64,000 bases of DNA from Chitinophaga pinensis (GCA_945871905.1 CAMBXL010000002.1:134936-198935); one strand, 5' to 3'. Numbered from the stretch's first letter, positions 1 through 12,108 are shown. A program made the numbers and translations. The notes: a model not told the origin generated them from the letters alone.

Positions 1-3000
1 CTGGAGTAGAGGCTACCATTGTAACGCAGTATTGCAAATCTGCACCATAAGAGTATGAAGTACCTGCAGCGTTAGAAGTAAGCCTGTTTCCATCACCTGT
101 TATCCATTTGTAAGATAAGCCATTGGTAGAACCACCAATTGGCGTGTAGTTAAATGCTCTAGCACCTGCATTCCAATTGCGGGTGATATTAAAGTCACAC
201 GTTTGAGGTAATTGCGCAATATTTACCACTTTAACTATTGAATCAGAACATCCATCTTCAATAGAGGCTACTAATTTAACAGAGTATGTTTGTCCAGAAG
301 CATAAGTGTGAACTGGTGCTGCATTATTAGAAATTGTATTGTCGCCAAAATTCCATTTGTAGTTGATTTTTCCTTTAGGGAAAGTGGTTAAGTTGGTAAA
401 AGGAATTTCACTTCCTTCACATTGAGTTTCGAACTCAAAATCAGCCAAAGGTTGAACACCTACATTGATTGTCTTAGTAACTTGGGTACTACATCCATTT
501 AACAATCTGGTGGTTAAGGTTACACTACGCTGACCTAAACCTGACCAATTTACAACAGGGGCAAACTGATTATTAGGAGCACCTTGACCTAAGTTCCAAG
601 TATATGAAAGTAATGTTTCACCATTAAGGCTAGTATTGTTTACAAAAGGTGTTGGAGTTCTATCACAAGCAAAAGGGAATGAAAAGTCGGTAGTTGGAAT
701 TTGTTTAACATTGATTGTCAATTCTGCGGTATCCAAACATCCAAATTCAGAAACGGTAACCAAGGTTACCTTTTTAGTACCTGCTGATTGGAATGTATAA
801 TTTGGGCTTAAGTCGGAAGCGATATTTCCATTGTCATTAAAATCCCATTTATTACCAAAATTACCAAGAGCAATTGCAGATTGATTTGTAAATGTAAACT
901 CATCATTCAAGCAATCACCTTGAGCTTTAACAAAGGCTGCATTAGGTTTAGCAAATTGATAAACGGTTTTAGTTACTTTGTCAGTACATCCATCTGCAGT
1001 AGCTTGAAGCGTAACTCTATAGGCACCAGGCGTATTGAATTTTTTGTTTACAGCAGCTCTTGTAGATGTATTAATATTGGGTGAACCATCGCTAAATGAC
1101 CAAGTGTAAACTGTAGTTCCTGAACCAGCATAAGCAGTACCGTTTCCTAATACAACTGCTACACCTTCGCATTTATTCGTATTTATGATACTTGCTATAG
1201 GCATTTCAGTTACATCAATTGCAACAGTTTTACTAGTGACAAAATTATAAGGTTTGGTAGTTGCAGTCAAAGTCAATTGGTAAGTACCAAAAGAAGCGTA
1301 TCTGTGGGCAGGATTTGCTTCTTGAGAATTAGGAGTACCATCTCCAAAACTCCATTCATATTCAACAGAACCACTGCTTACAGTTGTTGTATTATCAAAC
1401 ACATTGTCTGTACGTTCGCAAAGTGGGTTAGGAATAATAAAATCTACATTAGCTTTTGGAGCTACAAGTACTCTTCTTTTGAAAACTGTATCACAGAAAG
1501 TTTCTAAACTTAAAACTCTGATTGACACTTCAATGATACTGTCCTCCCATGCAACAGTTGGTTCAAATGTTGCACGATAAGGTGCAGAACCATTACCAGA
1601 AATAAGTGCATTAGCATTCAAACCATTGATAGATCTTGCACTCACAAATGCTCTCCATTTTGTTCCGTAATCGGCATTGGTATATCCCAAACGAGAAGGT
1701 TCACTTAGGTTATACACCAATTTTTCATTTCTGAAAGTTACATCTGGTTTACCCGTAATGTCAAAAATTGAAGATGTAGAAGACAGTGATGTATTATGAG
1801 TAACTACTGAACCACCTGGTGCAGGAGTAATGGTAGTAGATGCAACAAGTGTATCATTTGTCAAATTATCGTCTCCACCGCTGTTAAATAAACGAACGGT
1901 AGTTGGACCAGGAATACTAAACACATGTGGATTAGGGAAAGAAAAATTGATATATGCATTAGGTGCAATGTTACCAGGAACGGTATAAACAATTTTTGGT
2001 CCATAATTAATAGCATAAGCAACTTCAGGATTTGAGATTGTGAAAGGTGAGTTATTTCTTAACGTTCCACTAATGGCTGAAGTAAATCCAGAACAAGAAG
2101 GTACAGGGAAATTTAAATTAAAAGCAGTGATAGAGATATCAGCAGCATATTCTAAAGCGCCAATATCAGGAATTACACCTCTTGTTGTACCACTATTATC
2201 AGTAGTAATACCCGAAATAACACCTCCTTTATTTGCCATAGACAATGAACGAGGTGTTAAGTTAATTGAAGCTGGATCAATACTAATAAAATTTGGATTG
2301 GTTGCAATGTTTGAACTAGGGAAACTAGATGCATACATAGATTGCATATTTGGAATATCTCCGGTTGCTGTTCCTGCTGAATTTTGAACTCCCCAACCGT
2401 AATTAAGCGTTCCACCTGCATTTGGACCAAAGAATAAACAATTGTTTTGATAAGTGGTCCATCTGTAAGTTGAAGTAAATGTAGTTGCTTGGTCATAAAT
2501 AAGCCATTTAGAACCACTTCCACCAATATTATTATATAGTATATTGTTTCTGAAATTTCTAAACCAACTTCCTTGAACATTTCTAACAATGGTACTTGTG
2601 TTATTTACATTCGTTGGATAATCGAAAGCAATGGTATTAAAATCAACATCAAGTGAAATAGCTGGATTCAAATAAGCAGAATACCAATACAAATAGCATT
2701 GTAATGTAGATGTTCCAAAATCATAAATCCAATTGTTGGTTATTCTTGAATTCATAATAGGCACAGTAGTGCTACTCATACTTATGTAAATAGGATAAAT
2801 TACAGACCCTTGTGGCGTATTTCCATTCAAATTAAAAATTCTGTTTCTATCGATAGTAAATGTACCTGTGATAGTGTATAATCCGTACTTGGTAGTTATG
2901 TTTCCAGTTCTACCTTGGTTGGTGATTGTATTATTTCTGATGGTTGTATTGTAAGTATAAGGATGGTTAATGCCATATAAATAAAAATCTCTCATCAAAC

Positions 3001-3719
3001 AATTTGAAATAACATTATCATTACCCGCATTAGATGCCGCAGGGGTAGTTATACCATACATGTTAATTGCATAGTAGGGGCCGTGATTTAAACCATTTCC
3101 TGAACGCATGTCACAACTATCAACTAAATTACTATTTCCAAAATTACCAGAAGCACTTCCGGTAGTACCGTTGGTCATCCAGATGTAGGCACTTCCTACA
3201 TTCGGAATACCAGTAATATTATCGCATCTTAATTTACAATTTTTAACAATGTTAAAATCTGCAGCGTTTCTGAACCAAAAACAGTAACCATAAGTTGTTT
3301 GATTCATTCTTACTTCTAAATTATTAATTGTAAAAAAGTCAGTGCCATTTAAATCAACAACACCTGCATCTAAAGTAGAAGTAGGAGTAAACTCTAAAAT
3401 AGCACCATTGCCATTAATTGTTACTCTTCTTGTCGCTTGAGAACCAACAATAGCTGTTAAAAGTAAACGCTCATTGTAAGTTCCTGGGGTCACATTTGCT
3501 GTAACATTGCCTTGAAGACCAGCTCCGCCAATGGCGTAATTTGCAGCACCACCATCGCCACGGGTAAGATTTCTTAAATCATTAGCAAAAGCAGTGAAAC
3601 TTCTATAATTAGAACTAGAAGCTGCCAATGAAGGGTTAATAGTGTAAGTTCCACCGGGGAAGGCTTGTAAACTTTGAGTTAAAGCCAAAAATGCTATTGC
3701 TAAAAATAACAATCGCATT
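1..3719 (-). CDS. large secreted cell-surface protein, partial (C-terminus lies beyond the window start); parallel beta-helix-like repeats followed by PKD-like repeats
   Basis: Reverse-strand ATG at 3719-3717 opens MRLLFLAIAFLALTQSLQA (signal peptide). No stop on this frame before position 1; it is absent from the ORF track because it has no in-window stop (inference). N-terminal part is rich in N/T/I beta-helix-like repeats (e.g. NNTITNQGRTGNITT). Distal part has ~85-aa repeats with C..D and WxFGDG/Y.V.L motifs like the PKD repeats of the 2415-aa protein at 26617-33864. Confidence 0.65.
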
Positions 3720-4033
3720 TTTTTGTGAATTTTGATTTTGAGTAGATCTTTATGCATAAAATTAAAAAAATATAATGATTATGTAATGTTTTAATAACAA
3801 TACAAGTTAGCAAATATATTGTAAAGTTTTTAGACTCAACCTACATTTTGTAAAATATTACAAAGTTTTGACATATTATTTTACTACATTACACATTTGT
3901 GTACTATTTATACTAATCCCTTTGTCTTAACAATCAACTGATTATCTAATATTTGATTAAATAGCACTATGAATCAAATAAAAAACAAAAAAAATTCCAC
4001 AATTAAGTTCTAAAAAGGGATTGTTTATTTTTA

Positions 4034-4041
4034 AGTATCTT
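4034..4041 (+). promoter_or_regulatory. Bacteroidetes sigma-A -7 element TATCTTTG upstream of the ABC-F gene
   Basis: Exact TAnnTTTG match 25 nt upstream of the ATG at 4067; a TTG -33-like element sits near 4010. Confidence 0.4.
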
Positions 4042-4063
4042 TGCGACCGCAAAAAATAAATAA

Positions 4064-5680
<1,617 letters not shown>

Positions 5681-5684
5681 TTGA

Positions 5685-6035
5685 ATGAAAAATAAGCCAC
5701 AATTAATTTATTGGCTTGAAATTATCCATATTCCATTGTGGTTAATCAAGGACTTGTGCTGGTTATTTGTTTGGGATGTTTTGGGTGTAATAATGGCTAT
5801 ACCTACCATTCTTGTTGCTTTAATTATGGTTATAATTAGTACTGATGACCGCAGTAAACTTTTCCCTAACTTGTCTATTTTATTTTGGATAATTGCTAAC
5901 AGCACTTGGATGATTGCAGAGTTTTACAACTTAAATATCAAACATTTTGCAGCTATTCCTTTCGGCTTAGGTCTTCTTTCCTTTTTTATATTTTTATTGA
6001 TTGCAAAACCTAATTTAACCCAGAATAATCATTAG
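5685..6035 (+). CDS. small hydrophobic membrane protein, function unknown
   Basis: 116 aa, ATG 5 nt after the ABC-F stop; 3-4 predicted TM helices. Only ORF evidence. Confidence 0.45.
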   Translation: MKNKPQLIYWLEIIHIPLWLIKDLCWLFVWDVLGVIMAIPTILVALIMVIISTDDRSKLFPNLSILFWIIANSTWMIAEFYNLNIKHFAAIPFGLGLLSFFIFLLIAKPNLTQNNH

Positions 6036-6065
6036 AAAATCTATTACTAGCTAAATCTCTTTAAA

Positions 6066-6130
6066 TCAGTTGTTTCTTACTTTTCTTAACCATAGATTTG
6101 GCTATACTTTTCAAAAAGTAAGAAACTGAT
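6066..6130 (+). terminator. long imperfect stem-loop (~17-bp stem) followed by a T-rich tract; candidate terminator of the ABC-F operon
   Basis: tcagttgtttcttacttttc ... gaaaaagtaagaaactga are near-perfect reverse complements; ttattgatattt follows. Confidence 0.4.
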
Positions 6131-6199
6131 TTATTGATATTTAACTCTCATAACGAAGTTCTAATAATTAATCTGGGTTTGAATCAAACAAAAAATCCT

Positions 6200-6207
6200 T
6201 AAATTTG
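6200..6207 (+). promoter_or_regulatory. -7 element TAAATTTG upstream of fdx
   Basis: TAnnTTTG match 15 nt upstream of the ATG at 6222. Confidence 0.35.
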
Positions 6208-6221
6208 TCACTCTATTAATC

Positions 6222-6551
6222 ATGCCAAAAATTACTTTCAATTTTGAAGAAACCCATAAAGAATCATTAACCGTTGACATAGAGGTTGGTGAAATGATAT
6301 TGGATGTTGCCTTAGATAACGACGTTCATTTACATCACAATTGCGGTGCTGTATGTGCTTGTAGTACTTGTCATATATTTATTGAACAAGGCGCAGACAG
6401 CCTATCAGAAATTACAGACAAGGAAGAGGATTTTGTTGACCGTGCCCGCAATCCTAAATACAATTCACGACTGGCATGCCAATGTGTGTTAGAAGAAGAT
6501 GAAAACATAATGGTAACAATCCCCGACCAATCGGTAATTATTGGACACTAA
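6222..6551 (+). CDS. fdx: ISC-type [2Fe-2S] ferredoxin
   Basis: MPKI...CGAVCACSTCH...RLACQ cysteine pattern and length match adrenodoxin-type Fdx of isc operons. Confidence 0.85.
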   Translation: MPKITFNFEETHKESLTVDIEVGEMILDVALDNDVHLHHNCGAVCACSTCHIFIEQGADSLSEITDKEEDFVDRARNPKYNSRLACQCVLEEDENIMVTIPDQSVIIGH

Positions 6552-6563
6552 ATTTATATAAAT

Positions 6564-6800
6564 ATGACATTTGAACTACCAATACACTGGAAAGACCACG
6601 AAGACATCGCAATGGCTTTGTATGAAAGATTTGGCGATGATTTTGGTGAATCCAAAATATACAGAATTCGCTTTACTGAATTGATGCAATGGGTGCTTGA
6701 AATTCCCAATTTTAAAGGCACTAAAGAAGAGTGTAACGAAGGACACCTAGAAATGATTCAAAGTCAGTGGGTGTATGAGTGGCGCGACAATCAAAAATAA
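6564..6800 (+). CDS. iscX: Fe-S assembly protein IscX (YfhJ) family
   Basis: 78 aa; W.D.EDIA.ALYE...IRFTEL.QWV...NE.HLE.I...W pattern aligns with E. coli IscX; immediately downstream of fdx, as in isc operons. Confidence 0.65.
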   Translation: MTFELPIHWKDHEDIAMALYERFGDDFGESKIYRIRFTELMQWVLEIPNFKGTKEECNEGHLEMIQSQWVYEWRDNQK

Positions 6801-6804
6801 ACCT

Positions 6805-7689
6805 TTAAAACAAAAAGGTTAGCAAATTAAAAATTCCCATTACTATCACTATTTTAAAAATAGTGTGTACTACTTTGTATCTTGACTTTTCAATTAAACC
6901 AAAACTTATTACAGTAATCATGCTTGATAAAAGCACGAAGTAATTTTTGGTAATGAGCCCTTCGTATGCAATAATTCCAACACCCAAAAGCAGCGATAAT
7001 ACCATTACAAAATAGATAAAAGACTTGGCAGTTTGCAAACCCAGCACGACAGGAATAGACTGTATTTGCAATACTTTATCGCCTGTATAATTCAGAAATT
7101 GTTTGATAAGTTCTCGTGCATAAACGATAGACAGGAAATACGCACCATAGACAAAAATAAAAGTATAAAAAGTATTGTAATGCAATAGAACCGCAAAGAA
7201 ACAAGTTATACTAAGCATGGCAGCTGTAAATTCTTTGATAAAGAATATCTTCTGCAACTTGTGCGAATAAATCCAAAGTGCAGAGATAAAAGCAGTAAAA
7301 AAAACACCTATTTTAAATGAGGACAAATAGGCAATCAATAATGCTAAAATATTGAATGCGATATAAAGATTTAACGAGGTCTTTTTACTTATTATTCTGT
7401 TAAATAATGTGTTTTGAGGCCGGTTAATTAAATCCTTTTCAAAGTCGTAAAAGTTATTAATGATAAAACCAGCAGCAATACTAAAAATAGAAGCTAAGAC
7501 AATACCGTGCAATTTAAAATCAGTTAGAATAAGGGAATAGGAACCGTGTGAATGACGAATAAACACGAAAGCGGAGATGTATTGAGCTAAAACTGTCAGG
7601 AGAATATTATACCACCTTACTACAGAAAATAAGGCAATCAACTTGAGTGCAAAAGTGTGCTTGTTGACAGAGGATGTTGAATCTGTCAT
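6805..7689 (-). CDS. UbiA-family aromatic prenyltransferase (integral membrane)
   Basis: Multi-TM 294 aa with N-x-x-x-D-x-x-x-D motif (NNFYDFEKDLINRP) characteristic of UbiA/MenA/DGGGP synthase family; 9 nt downstream of the PMK-like gene. Confidence 0.65.
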   Translation of the reverse strand: MTDSTSSVNKHTFALKLIALFSVVRWYNILLTVLAQYISAFVFIRHSHGSYSLILTDFKLHGIVLASIFSIAAGFIINNFYDFEKDLINRPQNTLFNRIISKKTSLNLYIAFNILALLIAYLSSFKIGVFFTAFISALWIYSHKLQKIFFIKEFTAAMLSITCFFAVLLHYNTFYTFIFVYGAYFLSIVYARELIKQFLNYTGDKVLQIQSIPVVLGLQTAKSFIYFVMVLSLLLGVGIIAYEGLITKNYFVLLSSMITVISFGLIEKSRYKVVHTIFKIVIVMGIFNLLTFLF

Positions 7690-7697
7690 AAGCTTAA

Positions 7698-8642
7698 TTA
7701 AAACGTGTAAATAACTTGCAACTTCTGTCCTTTAAGTTTTTCGACAGCCGATTCATAATCGTGGGTAAATCCAAGAATATAACCTCCTCCACCACTACCA
7801 CACAATTTAAGGTAATACGAATTACTCTCTATACCTTCTTTCCAAAGGTGTTTGTAGTTATCAGGAATCATAGGAGAAAAATTATCATATACCAATTGAG
7901 ATAAGTGCTTAATAGAACTCATCAACGGTTTGAAATCTTTATTTAAAAACGCATGAATACATTCATCGTTGTATTTTTTAAATTGGTGTTTAATTAAATT
8001 CCTGAAACCTTCATTTTTACATTTTTCTAAGAAAATAGAAACCATGTTTTGAGTTTGACCTGTCGTACCACTGTCCATTAGAAAAATAGCACCTTTACCA
8101 TTGTCATTAGGAGTTGGCAGACCAACAGTGTCTAATTTTGTTTTTGACTGAATGAGTACAGGAAGATTTAAATAACAAATCAATGGATCTAATCCTGAAC
8201 TTTTTCCATGAAAAAAAGATTCCAATTGAGAAAAAACTTGTTTCAACTTCAGAATTTCATCGCCATCTTGTTGTGCGTTTACCACAATTTTATTAAGACC
8301 ATAACGGTCGTAAATAGAAGCAACAAGGGCACCACTTGAACCTACTCCGAAACCTTGAGGTATAGAACTATCAAAATAAAGCCCTTCATTAATATCTTGT
8401 TCAAATTGAGCAAAATCAAATTGACTAGTTAATACATTCTGCGACTCTAAAGATTTAAGATAATCGAAAAACACTTTAATATCGAGATTCGACTGAATAG
8501 CAAAAGCATCCTTACGGCCATCTTTTTTCAACTGACCATTGAATTTATCAAAGGGGATAGAAAGCCCCATTGAATCTTCAATGATGCCATACTCCCCGAA
8601 GAGTAATATTTTGGCGTAGAACAAAGAATCTTTAATATTCAT
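7698..8642 (-). CDS. GHMP kinase, probable phosphomevalonate kinase
   Basis: N-terminal KILLFGEYGI and GFGVGSSGALVASI GHMP ATP-binding motif. The mvk-mvaD-pmk order fits Gram-positive mvaK1-mvaD-mvaK2 logic. The PMK-versus-MVK assignment is an inference. Confidence 0.65.
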   Translation of the reverse strand: MNIKDSLFYAKILLFGEYGIIEDSMGLSIPFDKFNGQLKKDGRKDAFAIQSNLDIKVFFDYLKSLESQNVLTSQFDFAQFEQDINEGLYFDSSIPQGFGVGSSGALVASIYDRYGLNKIVVNAQQDGDEILKLKQVFSQLESFFHGKSSGLDPLICYLNLPVLIQSKTKLDTVGLPTPNDNGKGAIFLMDSGTTGQTQNMVSIFLEKCKNEGFRNLIKHQFKKYNDECIHAFLNKDFKPLMSSIKHLSQLVYDNFSPMIPDNYKHLWKEGIESNSYYLKLCGSGGGGYILGFTHDYESAVEKLKGQKLQVIYTF

Positions 8643-8679
8643 TTAAAATCAATTTGCAAATATAACACTTTCATTCACA

Positions 8680-8771
8680 AATTGTTTGATTGAATTGTTT
8701 ATTCGTTGAATTGTTTAATTGCTAAATTGTTTAAGTGTTTATTCGTTTAGGTGTTTAATTGTTGAATTGTG
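8680..8771. repeat. tandem array of ~11 degenerate 8-bp units (AATTGTTT-like) followed by a GC-rich ~50-nt tail (8771-8820)
   Basis: aattgttt/attcgttg/aattgttt/aattgcta/aattgttt/aagtgttt/... read directly from sequence; related element at 36234-36377. Confidence 0.6.
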
Positions 8772-8957
8772 TCACCCACTAGGCTGAGCCAAGTCACGTG
8801 AAGGGGTTCTCGAAGGGTGTTGAATTGTTTAGAGGGTTTAAAGTTTTTAATAGTATAATTCGATAGTCATTCTGGAAAATTTTGTCCTCAAAATTTATTC
8901 AGAATCTCTTAATGTTTTACATCCTGAATCAAGATCCCGAAAGCTTTCCGAAAACTA

Positions 8958-10151
8958 TCAATGAATTATTTCATTCAACCTTTTCCCAAGAACCACTCCC
9001 ATACTCATGCATGCTTGCAGTAAATAACCCCCTGTGGGAGCATCCCAATCGAGCATTTCGCCAATAATATAGTGATTGGGCAATGCTTTCAATTGAAAAT
9101 TTTCATCTACCTCCTCTATCGCTATACCTCCTGTTGTGGAAATGGCCTCGTCTATCGGGGCTGCATATAACAAAGAGATTGGCAGTGATTTAATTCTTTC
9201 GGCCAATTTATCTATTTCAACATAATCCTCTTTACTAATACTTTGCTTGATTAATTGAATTTGCATTGGGCTGAAATTCAAGCCCATTTTAAGTGCTTCG
9301 CTTGTGTTTTTTGACTTAACTTGTTTTAATTTTTCTATAATCTGCTCAAGCTCAAACATAGGTTTTAAATCCAAATAAACTGTTGCTTGTCCATGCTGCT
9401 TTAACTCATTTTGAATCACTCTGCTTAGGGCATAAATGGCATTCCCTTCGAGTCCGAATTTTGTTACGACCAACTCTCCTTTTACACTGTGATTTCCTAA
9501 TGTTAAACTTATATTTTTGAGTGGAAAGCCATTGTATTTGTCAATAAATTCTGATTGCCAGTCTACTTTAAAAGCACAATTAGACGCCTGGAAGGGCAAA
9601 GTTGCAATTCCCTTTTTTTGGAAATAAGGCAACCACGTTCCTCTAGAACCTGTTACGCTCCAACTGGAACCACCTAATGCAAAAATGACTATATCTGCTT
9701 TAACAACTTCTGTTTCATTGAACAACAAATCATTATTCCCTTTCCACCCATTCCATTGCATTTGAGTGCAGATTTTCACCTTGTTTTCTTCTAATTTTTG
9801 AAGAATAGCATTCAACACCTGAATGGGTTTGATACCTTTGATAGGATACACTCTGTTGCTACTTCCTACAAAAGTTTCTATACCTAACGAGCGCAACCAA
9901 TTTCTTAAATCCTGGTTTGAGAAAGTCTCTAAAGTCTTGTCCAAAAAACCACTAGGATGGTATTGTTGCTTCATCAATTCTATGTCTGACCCATGTGTGA
10001 GGTTAAAACCACCATCACCTGCCACCAGAAATTTACGTCCTAATGTTTTGTTTTGCTCGTAAACACTAACCTCAAACTTACTAAAATCAAGCGTAGCTGC
10101 CAGCATTAAAGCTGAGGGACCGCCTCCTACTATGGCAACTTTTTGTTTCAA
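8958..10151 (-). CDS. NAD(P)/FAD-dependent oxidoreductase, HI0933/BaiN-like flavoprotein family
   Basis: N-terminal VAIVGGGPSALMLA dinucleotide-binding motif; C-terminal TTGGIAIEEVD motif typical of HI0933-like proteins. TTG start 5 nt after the mvaD stop. Confidence 0.75.
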   Translation of the reverse strand: MKQKVAIVGGGPSALMLAATLDFSKFEVSVYEQNKTLGRKFLVAGDGGFNLTHGSDIELMKQQYHPSGFLDKTLETFSNQDLRNWLRSLGIETFVGSSNRVYPIKGIKPIQVLNAILQKLEENKVKICTQMQWNGWKGNNDLLFNETEVVKADIVIFALGGSSWSVTGSRGTWLPYFQKKGIATLPFQASNCAFKVDWQSEFIDKYNGFPLKNISLTLGNHSVKGELVVTKFGLEGNAIYALSRVIQNELKQHGQATVYLDLKPMFELEQIIEKLKQVKSKNTSEALKMGLNFSPMQIQLIKQSISKEDYVEIDKLAERIKSLPISLLYAAPIDEAISTTGGIAIEEVDENFQLKALPNHYIIGEMLDWDAPTGGYLLQACMSMGVVLGKRLNEIIH

Positions 10152-10156
10152 ATAAA

Positions 10157-11206
10157 TTAAACGATGAGGGATGGACCAGTCCCAATTTTATTGTCGTAAA
10201 ACAAACCATTTTCGCAATGTTGCACCAATTCATTGGCAATGAAATTCTGCACGTTTGTTTTCTCCATTTCGGGATATAACAAATGCACATTGGCACCAGC
10301 ATCTAGAGTAAACATGACATTCACAGCTGTTTGATTTCTGTAGTCTATTACCTTTTCAATAATTTGCAAAGTTTGCGGTTTCATCAAAATAAAAGGAGTT
10401 GGTGAACTCATCATTAAAGAGTGTAACATTAAGGCTTCAGATTCTACCAATTGAATAAATGCAGACATGTCTCCACTCTTCAAAATAGTCATTAACAAAT
10501 CAATATTTTGATAGGCCGTTTCGTATCTTTTTTCAGCAAAGGGGTGTTGTTTTAAAAGCGCATGTCCCATAGTACTCGAAACTGCTTTTTTCCCTTTTTC
10601 AACGATTAAAATACTGTCCATGATGTTTTTAAAATGTGGATGTACTTCAGTGTCTATATTCACCGCATATTCATCATGACTTCCTGCTATACTTTTACTC
10701 TCTCCCCAAGCGTTGTAACCACCATAAACACTGCGACAAGCACTACCCGATCCTATTCTTGCCCAATAAGAAGCCGTTTGGAAAAAGTGAGGCAAAGATT
10801 CGCCTGTTATGGCTTCGTGCAATGTACATAAATTTAAAGCTAAAGCACTGTATGCAGAGGCCGAAGATGCTATACCACTGCTGTGTGGAAAGGTATTGCT
10901 AGAATGAATAATTACATGGTAATGTTGCAACCATTTAAAATAAGATTGTGCATGGATTAAAAAAGGTTTTAACTTTTCCTCAAAACTGGGATTTTTGGTA
11001 TCTTCAAAATAGAAATCAAAGCTCAATTCGTTTTGATTCTCATCATAAATAGCCTGCATGCTGGTATCGCTTATAGCCTTATCTAGGGTAATACTAATGG
11101 AGGGATTACAAGGAATCTGCAGTCCTTTTTTACCCCAATATTTCACTAAGGCTATATTTGACGGGCTTTGCCATCTGCTTACTACTTCTATTTTTTGATA
11201 ATTCAT
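10157..11206 (-). CDS. mvaD: diphosphomevalonate decarboxylase
   Basis: SPSNIALVKYWGKK motif and GHMP fold; 4-nt ATGA overlap with the upstream mevalonate kinase. Confidence 0.9.
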   Translation of the reverse strand: MNYQKIEVVSRWQSPSNIALVKYWGKKGLQIPCNPSISITLDKAISDTSMQAIYDENQNELSFDFYFEDTKNPSFEEKLKPFLIHAQSYFKWLQHYHVIIHSSNTFPHSSGIASSASAYSALALNLCTLHEAITGESLPHFFQTASYWARIGSGSACRSVYGGYNAWGESKSIAGSHDEYAVNIDTEVHPHFKNIMDSILIVEKGKKAVSSTMGHALLKQHPFAEKRYETAYQNIDLLMTILKSGDMSAFIQLVESEALMLHSLMMSSPTPFILMKPQTLQIIEKVIDYRNQTAVNVMFTLDAGANVHLLYPEMEKTNVQNFIANELVQHCENGLFYDNKIGTGPSLIV

Positions 11207-12108
11207 TCTTTAATCAGTTCTTGGTAGGTGTATATTTTATGAAACCCTTTTTGCTTAAAATAGTTTTCGGTATTGTCGCCTGTTGCTAAAATGTAATCGC
11301 CACCCCAAGCGCCCAAACTTTTGATACTTCCTTTAAAATCGGGGAACAATTCTTGTTTAATGGTTGGTCGGTTCAGTAGGCGTGACGTTTCACTTTCAGC
11401 CAATTCAAGCATCAAGCAAAATTCATAATAATCTTCATTGGCAGCTATTAGTTTGCTAATGTTAGAAATTTGTGCAATTTGATTTTTATCTATGGGATGT
11501 TGAATAGCAGACAATTGATTTCTACTGATTTGTTTTTTATTGAGATAAACAAAAAACAACTTATTGGTAAAGTTTTTTTGCCAATTAACAATTTCAACAA
11601 GCGGTTGATTGCCATTCATGGTGTATAAAAGCGGCTGACCATTTAATGCCACTGCTACATCAAAACCGCTTCCTTTAAAAGCGTTAAAATGCAATGAAAA
11701 TGGATTAACATCGGCCCAAAGTGCGATGTTATTTGTTAATGTAGAACTACTTCCAAAACCATCGTCTTTATCAAATTCCAAATAATTATTCACTATATAA
11801 ATCCCTTTTTCTGAGAGAAAATCCGGGTTTAAAACTTGGGCATTTTTTAAAAAACGAAATAATTGTATGGAGACGTCATTGGAATTGGTTTGGGTTACAA
11901 AAAAGTGGGGTAATTGAATCTCAGCAAAATACCATTCGTTCATGCTTGAATCGTAACTGTGCCATTGGATACAATGTTGCTCCTCGGAAGGTGTAAAAGC
12001 AACTTCCATTTTCTGCCCTAACTTAGTAGGCAAAGCAAAACATGTAGCACCATAAAGCACCGCATATTCCCCCGAAAGCATTATTTTACCATGACTGTAA
12101 AACTCCAT
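11203..12108 (-). CDS. mvk: mevalonate kinase (GHMP kinase)
   Basis: HGKIMLSGEYAVLYG N-terminal motif and GSGFD GHMP motif; translationally coupled to mvaD. Confidence 0.7.
   Translation of the reverse strand: MEFYSHGKIMLSGEYAVLYGATCFALPTKLGQKMEVAFTPSEEQHCIQWHSYDSSMNEWYFAEIQLPHFFVTQTNSNDVSIQLFRFLKNAQVLNPDFLSEKGIYIVNNYLEFDKDDGFGSSSTLTNNIALWADVNPFSLHFNAFKGSGFDVAVALNGQPLLYTMNGNQPLVEIVNWQKNFTNKLFFVYLNKKQISRNQLSAIQHPIDKNQIAQISNISKLIAANEDYYEFCLMLELAESETSRLLNRPTIKQELFPDFKGSIKSLGAWGGDYILATGDNTENYFKQKGFHKIYTYQELIKE

Noticed and set aside
2040-2589. Short ORFs 2040-2387(+) and 2257-2589(-) inside the first large gene
   Set aside because: Out-of-frame or antisense to a long open frame with coherent signal-peptide and repeat architecture; low-complexity translations.
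6800-6821. Hairpin aaccttt-N8-aaaggtt as a bidirectional terminator between iscX and the UbiA gene
   Set aside because: Overlaps the UbiA stop codon; stem only 6-7 bp AT-rich; too weak to call.
8882-9067. 61-aa ORF in the 3' end of the flavoprotein gene
   Set aside because: Overlaps a well-supported CDS on the opposite strand.
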